Of a stretch of 64,000 nt of DNA, positions 26,401 through 39,800 are shown piece by piece (position 1 is the stretch's first letter; each line of letters opens with the position of its first letter). Under the pieces are notes generated by a model. It did no database searches. It worked only from the letters and a program-made list of their open reading frames with translations, and had not been told where the DNA came from. This DNA is from Octopus bimaculoides (Eukaryota): contig NC_068984.1 of NCBI RefSeq assembly GCF_001194135.2, positions 52,998,430 to 53,062,429 on the forward strand, read 5' to 3'. The position numbers and the translations under genes are program-made.

Positions 26401-28919
26401 TTGTCTCCTACTACAACTACAATGGTTTCTGCCTCTGAATTTATCAACTGTATCTAGCTCATATACCTACCTATGTACCTCTAGTAGGGCCTCTGAGATT
26501 AATTTAGTAAAACAGAACAAGACTGCTTTAGGGACCCAGGAGGTATGGCATTTGGTAGGTGGGGATGCTCACAAAATTCAAGAGGGATTGGAGATTTTAA
26601 TTTTTGCAAGGATGGGGCCTTGCAAATAGTCACAGGTCCCTCCATGTCTCTCCAAGTCCTAGACCAATCTACAGGCAGGACCCACCTCTTTTAAGCTTCA
26701 CCCCTCTAGAGTGTTTTAATAGTTACATTTAATACTAAGCAAGTTCTCTTTCAAGATCACATTTCTCTTGATAAAGTCAAGTTAAACAAATGCATTTAAC
26801 TACAAGCACAATCTTGTCTCTTCTTCAGACTAACTAATGAGAGACAAAAAAATATGATCCATTTTAAATACTGCTGGTTCAAAAAACAAAACATTAGAAC
26901 ACAAAGAAAAAAAAATGGATAAACTCGTATAATTATACTTTGTATTCAGACAACAGCACTATAAATATATATATTAATAAGACAATTACTGTTTCACTAA
27001 AATGGTCATGCTTGTTGAAACACAATCTGTTGGAACTGGAATCAACATTACCAAACACTGAGTACTTTAAAAATCAGCAAAATATTTTAAACTTTAAAAT
27101 CTTTTCTTAGAGAAAGCATCTTTATTTTTTTAAAAAATTAGAAACTTATAGTAGTTAGGAGTAGAAAAAAAGTATATACATCCAATAAATTATTTTTTTA
27201 TTCTGTATCAAGTTATACAGCTTTCCTGGTCTCTGAAAGACACTGGAGTCAACCCTATATATGAAAAATGATAATAGTCTTGTATACAGAATCACCTCAA
27301 GTATTTTCTTTATAATAGAATAAATTAGAAAATTGAAATTTTGATGTAAAAATGAAATAGCTTAATATATACTTGATAGGAAACCCCCCCCCCCCCAAAA
27401 TCAAAGAATAAGTTTCTGTCTCCAGTTTTTATAATTTAATGGCAACATTATTTTATTTGGTTTTTAGAGAAGTGACAAGTAAGCAATAAATACTCTAATG
27501 TGACAAACTAACAGAACCGTAACATTTCTTCCACCATAGAGGGATTGCTATGATTACATTATCACTGACAATGATGAGGTTGGTGCCAGCCTTGTAATTG
27601 GAATATATTATATATGCTCAGGTATAAGATGACTGACAAAGACTGACATCCATTCCCTAAATACATAAAAAGTAATAAACAGATAAAGATGTAGACAATA
27701 ACAAGCATAGCTAGTTTTCCCTGTTGTTTCCAGATGATGAATCAGTAAAATGCTGCAAGACTTTCTCAAGACATGCCAATATGGGAATGATAATGATGAA
27801 AATGGTGACGGTGTCCCCATGATTACTTTTATGGTATATCTACTTAAATAAAATGTCCTGTACTATAAGAGACTCAATGGAGATTTGAATAAATTCCAGA
27901 AAATGCAATGGAAATTTTTACCTTATATGCAAACATCTGTACTGCCTATCATCTGCAACCTTCCATTGACTATGTTGATCAACATAGAATACTAGTGTAA
28001 AAGGTTTCCCAGCAGAAATCTACTGACAGACAGTATAGGTGGGCCCCCAAACCATGAATAGTGTTTTGGAAGGCTGTTCTGTCAGCTGGTGCATAATTTT
28101 GTATTCTGTTCTCTCTTGGCTGACTCCAAAGTGAGCATTAGATTTTGAGAGATGTAAAACCACTGATTTCCAGGTGGGATTACTTTTACAGAAAAAAATG
28201 CAGTGGCAGGATGCAACCTATGAACTGTATATGGTCATAACTTTTCCACAAAATGTGCATCAAAGACCCTTCTTTTAATTAATATTTGTTGACTTTTGGT
28301 CCAACCTTGGCCTTACCCACTACCTCCTATAAAGTAACACCTAGTATTCCTCTCTGAAACAAATCTTATCACATATCTCTCATCCTTCTCTGCTTTCCAG
28401 GTTACTATGTACTCCAATTTCTTTTCTGAAAGTGACACCTGCATGCTTTCAAAAATAGATGTTAGTAACAAAGAAATTCCCATTTCTCTCAATTTATCTG
28501 TTGTCTTTACTATTTCCCAAACTCCTCCAACAACTCATTTCCTCCTTGTAGAATCATCCACAATTCCCAAAATTCACCATGGCTTTCTGACACCAGCAAT
28601 ACTGACAATACAAATACAGAATTGACTTGTTTGAGATCAATACATCAAATTTAAAACCCAACCCACATCACTCATTTCTTAACTTTAAATCAGTCTCTAG
28701 GCATGAGATAATCTAACCACTACCAAACAAGGCAACATGCCTCACATCATTCTACTTAACTTGAGCCGGTAAATTAGCAGGAGTTTCACTAAATCTATAA
28801 TAGTTACCATTGAAAACAATGATTCACTTCTAATCAATTTAAGATGGAAAACTAGATGTTTGATAGCAATCTACTCAGTATATTTCCACCTTCACATGCA
28901 GTTGCACTGTACGTATGTT

Positions 28920-28958
<39 letters not shown>

Positions 28959-31900
28959 GCATTCCTCAATTGTTTCGGTCACAATACAAATTAAGAGGTA
29001 TTAGCTCAATTGATGAGGAATAAAATCAAACAAGATGAGAGACAGTTTGGTTTTGTACCTGGGAGGAGTACCACAGATGCCATCTTTCTAGTCAGACAAC
29101 TGCAGGAAAAGTATTTGGCCAAAAGTAAGCCATTGAACTTAGCTTTTGTTAGACCTGGAAAAGCTTTTGACAGAGTCCCCTGTTCTCTTATCTGGTGGTC
29201 TCTAAGGAAGCTAGGATTAGAGGAATGGCTTGTTAGAGCTGTACAAGCCATGTGCAACAGTGCTGTCAGTAAGATGAGAGTCAACCATGAATACAGTGAT
29301 GAATTTAGCATACAGGTAGGGGTTCACCAGGGCTCAGTTCTTAGTTCACTCTTATTCATCATATATCCTCCAGGCCATAACCAAGGAATTCATAACTGAA
29401 TGCCCATGGGAACTACTATATGCTGATGACCTCGATCTTATGGCATTATCTGTAGCAGAATTAGAGAAGAAATTCCAGGTATGGAAGCAAAACCTTAGGG
29501 CCTTAAAGTTAACCTAGCAAAGACCAAAGTTGTTGTTAGTAAGAAAGCAGATAAGACTCTTTCTGTCAGATAAATAGCCCTGCTCAATATTTAGGAAAGG
29601 AGTGCGAAGTAATTCCATTCGCTGCACCCAGTGTAAGCTATAGACACATAATAGATGCAGTGGAATCACAAATAGATTAACAGATAAGGTCGCCTTCATG
29701 TGTGGCAGATGAGCAGGAACAATAAGCACTAAGAGCACACAGGACTTAGACTCTCTCAAATGCTCAGGAGTCTCTCTTGAGGTAGTAGTTTTTGTTACTT
29801 AGATGACCAAATTAGCAATGACAGTGGATGCTCTGAAAGAATTGTTTCTAGAATAAGAATAGAATGGAAAAAGTTCAGAGCTACTACCTCTATTGGCACC
29901 AAAAGGACTATCTCTCAGAGTGAAAGGTAGATTGCATGATGCTTGTGTATGAATGGCTATACTCCATGGTAGTGAGACATGTGCTCTGAACACAGAGAAC
30001 ATGCGTAGACTAGAGAGGAATGAAAGCAGTATGTTCCACTGGATGTGCAGCATCAATGTGTATAAACAACAAAGAGCAAAAGTTGGGCATAAAAGTTGAG
30101 AGAAAAGTTGGGCATAAGAAGAATCAAATGCAGTGTGCAAGAGAGGAGACTGCATTGGTTTAAACATGTGATGCGTATGAATGAAGACAGCTGTATAAAG
30201 AAGTGTCAGTCACTAAAAGTGGATGACACCTGCAGAAGAGGGAGACCCAAGAAGACATGGGATGAAGTGATGAGGACCGATATCAGGATGTTGGGGCTCA
30301 TAGAAGAAATGACAATGAACTGAGATGGTTCTAGAGAAGACCTGCCCACATCAGTGAAACTGAGTTCTAGAAGCGTTGTGTTCCACCCACAAATAATAAA
30401 ATTTTCACACACCCTACCCCAACAAACCAAACTACATCTCCTCTTCCAAACTGCATCTCTTCTCCCCATCACATTTCCTCTTCATATACTATGATTATCT
30501 CCCACTCCCCAATCCTGTGCTCACTGTATCACTGCTTTCCTCACCACCTTTATATACCCAGGTTCTCACCAGTCACAATATTCCCTACCTCCACTCCTTA
30601 CTCATGCCTTCTTGGCAATACCCTGCCATGCTTATTATGACTTCCATACCTTGCGGGTGTGCCCTGGTATCAGCCATCATTTATCTCTCTCTTCTGTCAC
30701 ACTCTAACATTTCATCATCTGACACAAGATCATTTCCTCCAATGCCCCCTCTCAAAGATCCTTTATCTTGCAAGTTACTTGGTGACCCTGCCATGCTGGT
30801 GCCACTTAAAAGGCATCCAGTCCACACTGTAAAGTGGTTGGCATTTGGAAGGGCATCCAGCTGCAAAAACCAGGCCAAAACTGACCTCACCTGTGATGGT
30901 GCCACATAAAAAGCACTCAGCCCACTCTGCAGGGTGGCTGATGTTAGGAAGGGCATCCAGCTGTTAAAATCATGCCAAAACAGACACAGAAGACTGATGC
31001 AGTCTTCTACCTGGCCAGCTCCTGTCAAATTGTCTAACCCATGCCAACATAGAAGGAGGACATTAAGTGATGATGACAATGTTTCATGAGTGATTTTACA
31101 TATTCATGCCCATTGACAAGATAAGATGGCAGTAAGTGAATGTAAGAAAGTGAATTAACAATGCTCATGATAATTTTATTAAACATAACATAAAAATATT
31201 CTCATGGATAACACAAAAGACATGCTATAATTAATCATAAATTGTCATGAAGTCATACATTTAACAAGTTCTTTATTGTTTAGCAAGCAAGCGACCATGT
31301 ACAACATAAGCACAAACCTTCTCATTTGATATCTACAAAGCAAAATGTTCATTATAAAAATGGCATCTAACAATCATATTAGTAAAGATACTCAATGTGA
31401 GGTGTGCATGTATACAATATATAATATATATATATATATATTTGTGAGGATTTGAGAAGCAGTGACAAGTGATAATTCTGTAAATAATAACAATATTTTA
31501 CAAGCTTTAAAGCTTATGAGCGATCACTGTGTATATTCAGGACTCAAACCTACACCTTTATATATTTGCGATAAGAGAGCTAACATTATACCAACATAGG
31601 TACATTTCTTTATATATATATAAATATAAATTTATATATATAAATATAAAGATATGCATAAATATATACACGCACACACACACACACACACAAATGTATA
31701 CACAAACACTTTAATTATAGTGCAAATGAAAATCTTAAAAGCAAACTTGATACAACACTTAAATTTTTTAATACAGCATAAAATTTTTAATATTATACAC
31801 ATGCAGTGAAAATCCTTATACATGCACAAAATACTATTCTTAGCTTTTGAGAATTAACAATTTGAAGAATTTTTGTATATATTATCAAAATGTCCAGAAA

Positions 31901-33799
31901 TCTTAAATAACTCTTACTAATTTAAATGATTTAAAAATCTTTTAACACAATGTATGTTAAAAAATGAAATTAAATTGGATTTAATGAGCCTAGATCTTTT
32001 ATATTTATAAAGAAATATTAATAAAGTGGAAAAAAAAAACATTAACAGAATTATGGTTTAGCTGTAATAAACATTCACATTTATAAAACATAGCAGATTC
32101 CATTTTATAATTTGTACTAAGCTAAATGATGAAAACAAGTGCTCCATGCATTGTGATGGTGTGACAAGCTATCACAATGGTCAAACATTTGAACTCACCT
32201 TATGAAGCTTGAGAATAGAAAAGAAGAAACATTAAAAATATTTGAATTATATGACAAACTCTCTCCAACACCTGGCTAAACATCAGACACTTAATAGAGG
32301 AGTTGGTGAAACATAGCCTTTACAGTCTTTAAAATGGAGATCACAAGTTTAAAATATCAAAGGCCAACTGATAGTAACATGATAAAGATGTTACATTTGT
32401 ATGCCTGGATTGCTAGACTCATAGATTATTTTCTAAGTATTCAATTGACTATTCTTGTATCTTAGGTTTGTTCAAACAAAGTTGACTAAAGTTACTTTAA
32501 TCTTTTAACAACAATCTGTATGAAACTGCCTCTAGTTTTATGACAGAGATCTTCCAGTTTAAAACCTTCCATCATAATTTTATAGTTGAACATTTTATTA
32601 TATTTCAAATGAAAGCATAACAATGAAAAATTCATAAAATTTCTTCAAATTCTTGATTATTCTGGAGACTAACTGAAAATTATAAACATTAGAAATACAG
32701 TTACAGACATTAAAATCACCAGCAGTTGAAAAATTAGGTTAATTTGTATTTCTAAATAAATATGTGCAATAGATATTTTTCCATACATCTTTCTGTGATG
32801 CACCAGGTCACATCAGCAGTGATGTTTCAGATCTCTCAATATCAAAACATTCACTTAGGTGACCCAGCCAGGGTTGATCAAGCTTGCATCCAGTTAGCAC
32901 TACCCCTGGTAGCATTACACTTTCAAAGGCTTGCACTTTCTGATTCACAACCACTTTGAGACAAACTTTGTTGCCTCCACAGCCAACTTGAAGGCCTTCT
33001 GGTCCCTATGTCAACTATGTTATGTGCTCTGTAGCAGGACTGGCTTGCAAACCCTCTGTATCCCATCTCAATGGGATCACATCTTGTTTGCCACTCATTG
33101 CTTTGGCACAACTCCACTAGCTCAGCATATTTCTTCCCTTTACTCTTGCTATTCTCTTTGATGCAACTCTCCAAAGGGACAGAGTTCTAACAGAACCAGC
33201 TTCCCTCTTTCTCTCCCAGGGTTTTTGGAAGTCATTAGTTTTTTAATATATGTCCGAGCTGGTTAAATATCTAATTTGTCATAAACTATTATTTTTAGCA
33301 TCAATCAACATATTCCAGCTTTTCAAATTCTTGATTTAATTCTGCTAATTTTTCAAAAAAAATTACAGGTATTATAGGTTACAACAAATTTATAAAATAT
33401 TCAAACATAAACAATTATATTAATCTTTAACTCATTTCAATTATTTGAGAATACCTTCAAAATACAGATTTAGCACCTCAAATTGGTATAATTAATAACA
33501 AAATCATAAACAAGGAATGTGAAGAAAATCATCTTTCCTAACAATGTGTTTTATATTTATTTTGGCCACGTGAAATAACAGTGTTAAATGTTAACTGCCA
33601 ACTTACCTCTTCTTCATACTCAGATATATTGATATGGAAACTCTTAGGGTCTTTGAATATATCCAGTTTATTTTGTAGTTCAGGAGTGATTAAACTGACT
33701 TTATCAATTTTAATTTCCTTATTTGATAAGTCATTTAGTTCTCTATTTAGTTCCTGAAAATTAAATGAATAAATATTACATATGAATAAAGTACATGAT

Positions 33800-33874
<75 letters not shown>

Positions 33875-36800
33875 TTTATTATATGTATTTATTTTCTCTT
33901 AGTTAATAATTAACTCCAACAAAATAGATTGGTTAATAGATACCAGGGTAGCAAAGATCACAAAATTACTGTGGTGTAACTCCTGTTTATGAGGTAGAAA
34001 CTCCCTGTTATTTTGGGGATTTGAGTAAATATGAAAATTTAATAAATGGAAGGAACCATTTGTAATCTTTGAAACATATGTCGGAAATAAAAGAATTCAT
34101 TTAACATATGCGTATTACTCCATTTATATATATATATATATATATATATAGTTTCAGGTTCAGTCCCACTGCATGGAAACTTGGTCTTCTACTATAGCTC
34201 TGGATTGACCAAAGCTTTTATAGTGGATCTGGTAGACAGAAACTGAAAGCCCCCTCTCTCTCTGTGATTTACACAATATTAAACATTTAGTCTCATTCTA
34301 GTCAATGCATACTGCCAAATGGTTTCAAATTGAAGAAACCTCGGAGTGTGGAAAGGTAAATTAGCAACCATCAGGCATGGCTTGGTATAGGTGTGTGTGT
34401 GTGTCATCACATGGTAATAGCTAATGAGTGTCACCTTCACATAAGTGGTGTCCATTTCCAATTTTCTGTGAAAACATGTCTAGCCATGAAGAAATGTTAC
34501 TTTGCTACAAGATAGACAAGGAAGATTTCCAATGGCATCCAGCCAGAGAAAATCTACCTCAACAAGTTCAGTCTGCTCCATACAAGCATGGGGAAGTGGA
34601 CATTGAAGCAAAGATGATGATGAAGTGATATGTGTGTGTGTGTGTGTGTGTGTATATGCACATATGTGTGTATATATTTTGTTTCGAATTTGTGTAAATG
34701 TGTATAGAATAATATATCAGTTGAATAAAGTTAAAACATAGCCTGGTTTTCATGTTTTTTATTATGGTATTTTAACAAAATTAGCACTTTCATACATAGT
34801 GTACTCATCAGATTTCAAATGTGTTTAACTGACAGTTGAGTTCTTGACAACTTTAGTACCCCTTAGAACACTCCAATCGGCTGAATTTTTAGAATACCTT
34901 TTTGATCAATCTGCATGCTCTTAAACATCACGGTTTGCCAGGCATACTGATATTCTGTAACTTGTTTATATTTATTAATCTGCATCATTAATTGGTTGTT
35001 ATATATATGTATTTATATTTAACACCAATAATATATCTCCCAAAGATAAATCATCTTTAGATGTGTTTTCCGTTCTTTCAAAACTATTTTAGATCTATTT
35101 CTTTCATATCAGCATTAATGGAATGGATTTTGTTTAGGCATGCTTTTAAGATTCCATTGAGTAATCATAATTTAGATAACACAGTACTTCAGTTTTATTT
35201 AAGTATGTTGTTTTCTTATTATTACTATTGTTATTTCTGTTAACCAAATTGGTTCAAGAGCTATAACTGATAAGCTAGACTGCTACTAATGTGCTTGAAT
35301 GAAGGCATTCAGAATCCAACTAGCTGTTTAGTCTATTATAATTCTCATAATAATAGACATGTATCCCAGTATTAGGAACAGATACACCATGTCCCTGCAA
35401 GTCATAAGAGACAACTATAAGATTTGGTGACAGGAAGAGCTGCCTCAGAAAACCTGTCTGCCCCATGCCAACATGAAAAAAATGGATGGAAAATAATGAT
35501 AATTTGTATAGAGGTTGTTGGAGTATATGTCTAATTTGTATATACATACAGTCTTAAATATAATTAAGCATGAAGTAAGAGAGGCAGTGCCTATTTTCAG
35601 TACACTCGATTGAGGCAAGCCAGTTTGCCTTACCTAAGGTATAATGCAATGATTGCATAATCTGTTCTTGTTTTGTAGTTGAATAGAGCCATATAACTGA
35701 AACATAGGGTTTAACTCTTTATCAATGAAACTGACCATATCCAGCCCAAAATTCTCTACCTGTTTTATGTTCAAACTGGTCAGATCTGGCCTCTCACACC
35801 TACTAACAATATCATTGTAAAAATCAACAATCACATCACTCAAGGCTATGAGATAATCCATGATTAATTCAAATCAATGTGAATGAACATGTATTACTTT
35901 TGACAGAATAATCTGAATGCTAAAAGTTCAAACAAATGAAACAACTTTGTTTCCTAGAGTTTCAACCACTATTTCAAGTCTGTCAAATTAAACAGTATAT
36001 TAATCTCATGTCAAAGTTAAATGGTTGGTCTAACAATATATCCATTGAAAAATTGCCTAGTTATTTGCCTATTAAGATGTCACAATGAATCAGAAATTAA
36101 TCACCAATAATTACAAAACTTGCCTGTTATCTGACACAGTTCACAAGAAACATAATGACTTATCTTTTCATGACAAAAATTATTTTTTAATGAGAACCCT
36201 GCCCCCTCACAAATGTATTTTCACACCTCTCCTTCCCCATTCCTGCAGCCCAATTCTGTCTTCCGTGCCCTCCCAACTGTATCATTGTTATCCTGTTGTT
36301 CCCCACTCCTCTATATACTCAGGTTTCACCAGCCACTGCGCTCTCCCTCCCGTCTTTGCATTCATGTGAATTCCCTACTCTCTACACATGCACCCTTGGC
36401 AATACTCTACCATCCCATTTGTATTCTCATGCCCATACCTTGAGAGTATGCTGTGACACATTGCTACCATCTCTCTATCTCTCTCTCTTACACTCTCACA
36501 CTCTTGCTCTCTCTCATTCTTGATCAATCTCTCTCCCTCAGACAGGGTAACCATGTATCTCTTCTACAGCTAGGTACCGCTTTCTTTCCCTCTGTCACAC
36601 TAGCCCCTCATCACCTGCTACAAGGCAACCTCCTCCAATATCTCACCTCTCAAAGGATCTTTGCTTTGCAAGTTACTTAGTAACCCTGCTGGTGCTGATG
36701 CCATGTAAAAAGATTTCTAGTCCAAATGGTAAAGTGGGTGGCAATAGGAAGGGCATCCATGCCAAACAGACTTCACCAGTGCTGGTACCACATAAAAAAA

Positions 36801-39800
36801 CACTCAGTCCATTCTGTAAGGTGGTTGGTGTTAGGAAGGGCATCCAGCTCGAAAAATCATGCCAAAACGGTGAAGCCTGGTGCAGTGTCCTGGCTTGCTA
36901 TCTCCTGTCAAACCATTTAACCCACACCAGCATGGAAAACGGATGTTAAATGATGACAATTTCACAAATTTTAATGAAATTTTACATTTCTGCAAATAAA
37001 TGATTTGATTTTGAAACTTACTTTTATATCAATGACTGAGTAAGTAATATTTCGGTCCAGCTCTAAAGCATTGAATAATGAATAATCTTTTCCACAGTTT
37101 CTGAAAGGAGATGAAAAACAGGCCTTAGAGACAGTGAAAGAAAACATTTAACTAGAGTCTTTTGTTCAATAATTTTTAGCATCCAAACCACATGGTTCCA
37201 GGTTCAGTCTCACTGCATGGCACTTTGGGAAAGTGTCTTCTACTATAGTCTTGAGCTAACCAAAGTCTTCTGAGTGGATTTGGTAGATGGAAACTGAAAG
37301 AAGCTCATTGTATTTATGTGTGTGTGTGTGTGTATGTTTGTCCCCCACCATTGCTTGATGACCAGTGTTGGTGTGTTTACATTTCTGTATCTTAGTGGTT
37401 TGCAAAAGAGAGCGATAGAATATTAGGTTTTAAAAAAAGAAGTTCTGGGGTCGATCTGATTGATTAAAATTTCAAAGGGATGCTGCAGCATGGCCACAGT
37501 CAAATGACTGGAACAAGTAAAAAATAAAAGATACAGTAAATAGGTTCCATAGTATTTGAATACTGAGAAAGCATTCAATAAAATGAGATATCAGTTGACA
37601 ATCATTAAACATTTTATAAAAACATCAAAAAGATTTTCATTTAAATAGTAGCAAACTTTTAATTAGTAACACAGAAATTCATCTGAATGTTGCATTCAAT
37701 ATGTAGGAATTAAAGTAAAAGGAAAAACAAAAAAAATAATAAAAAATTCACAAAATACACTGAACAAAAGATTGATAGCATGAAAATTTGTTTTTAAAAA
37801 TCAATAGATTTAGACACAGGTGTGGCTGTGTGGTAAGAAGATTATAATATTTCAGAACATAATACTTACTCAAGAATTTGGTAAGGTCGGATGTTCATGA
37901 TTTGGTTCTCAAACTTATAAGTGGTATTGAAGAGTGACAAAAATGGCTACAAATAATTAGAAAATCCAAATTAAGATAAACTATCTATCGGCTGTAATTA
38001 ATAAAGCAACATTAAATGGCAAATCTTAATTTATGTTCATTTACTGAAGTGATTAATAACAAACTACACTCATCACCTCAAACCATTTCAAGTGAGAGTG
38101 TTTTGGCAGCTCTTGCTTTCATATATTCCTACATTATTAATAGTGAAAGACTGTTGCAACATTGAACTCTGAATCAAGAAATCCATGGTTTGTTGTTTTA
38201 CATGACAAGTTCTTGTCTAATCAATAGTGTGGTTTGATATAAACTGACTAACTTGGAGATAGTTTAAGTAACTCTGTTTCAATGAGAGAATTCTCAGATG
38301 GATGTTGTTAGCTGGAGATTTACAGTTGACATGAATATAGATATTTCTAATGTGTATATCTATGCTTGTTCCCCAAATAAAGATTAACAGTAAAATGAAT
38401 GTAAAAGCAATCAATGAACGTATGTAAATAGTTTATAACAGAGTATATTCCATCACTGCATTTTATTTGAGGGACAACACAGTTGATCCAACTAGTATTA
38501 AAATCACAAGGAGGTTTTCATGAACATAGATGTACAGGAATAATGCCAAAACATTGCTTTGGCAGAAGCCATCTACACCTTGAAGTCACTATATTTGACT
38601 AGAGGCTTTAGAGATTTTGACACATAAAGACATTCTAAACAGAACTTTTCTTTTAATGTAAATTGTTGCTAAATCATTAAAGATTGTGCCTGCATTTTAT
38701 CTTTTCTTTAAAACTCATGCTTAATATATTGAATGAAAGTGAAGAGCTGATCAGTTGACATCTTGAAGTAAAACTATGCAAGATTCCCAAGAGAAAATTG
38801 ACAAATGAAATGGTAATCTATGAAGTGCATTCAAAAGATATCGGACTTTATTTTTTTTCCCACTAAAGCCAATGTCACATGGGCAAAATCCTTTGGATCG
38901 GAGGTGACATCACCTTTCCTGCACATGCATGAAAATTTTCATACATCTGCTAGTAGGCCACTTCAGTTTCGGACTATTATACCTTGAGTATAGATGTGTA
39001 GTGTGCACTTAATGGATTTTTGTTTTCAAGCAAGACGACCTAACACATCAAGTAGAGACATTGCATCAAGTTTTGCAAAAAACTTGGTGATACTCAAGCT
39101 CAAACCATCCAGAAGATTCAACAGGTCTTTGGCAATGATGCAATGGTCAAAACTCAGATCAAGGAGTAGTCAACTGCTTCAAACATGGCTACACTTCAAT
39201 GGAGAGCAAAGCCCACTCAGGCAGGTCATTTACAAGATGAAACAAGGAGCTGATTGAAAAGATTTGGTGAATAGTTATAGAAGACCATTGTGTAACAATC
39301 CAGGAAATTACTCGTGGGAATAAGCACAGGATCAGTGCATTCCATTTTAATGGTGGATTTGTGCATGCAGAGAGTGTCGGCAAGAAAGCAAAGTCGGATA
39401 CTTTTGAACACACCTCGTAATTCAAGCTTTCCTGGTCAAGAATAACACACCACTTGTTTGACAGGTTCCCTACTCTCCTCACTTGGCACTGTGTGACTTC
39501 TGGTTCTTCCCTAAACTGAAGCCACACTGAAAGACAAGTGATTCAAGTTTGAGATGAAATTATGAGAAAAGCGACAGCGGATCTCCATATTCCAGAGATG
39601 TCACCAATAGTAGCAGAACCGCTGGAAGAAGTGTGTGAACTCTGAAGGGAAATATTTTGAAGGTGATTAAATAAAATTTGTGAAGTATACGAAATTATCT
39701 TTTTATGCCCAAAGGTCAGATATTTTTTAAACAGACCTTGTATGAAGGAGTTTGAATAGTTTATACAGACACTGCAATGGTCAAATGGAAAAAGTTTCAG

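Noticed and set aside
38217-38414. ORF with NCKS...LNYLQ resembling the loop-2 Cys exon
   Set aside because: The true exons (37870-37946 and 37022-37100) give better splice sites, phases and motif; this ORF has a poor acceptor and lies in the wrong order
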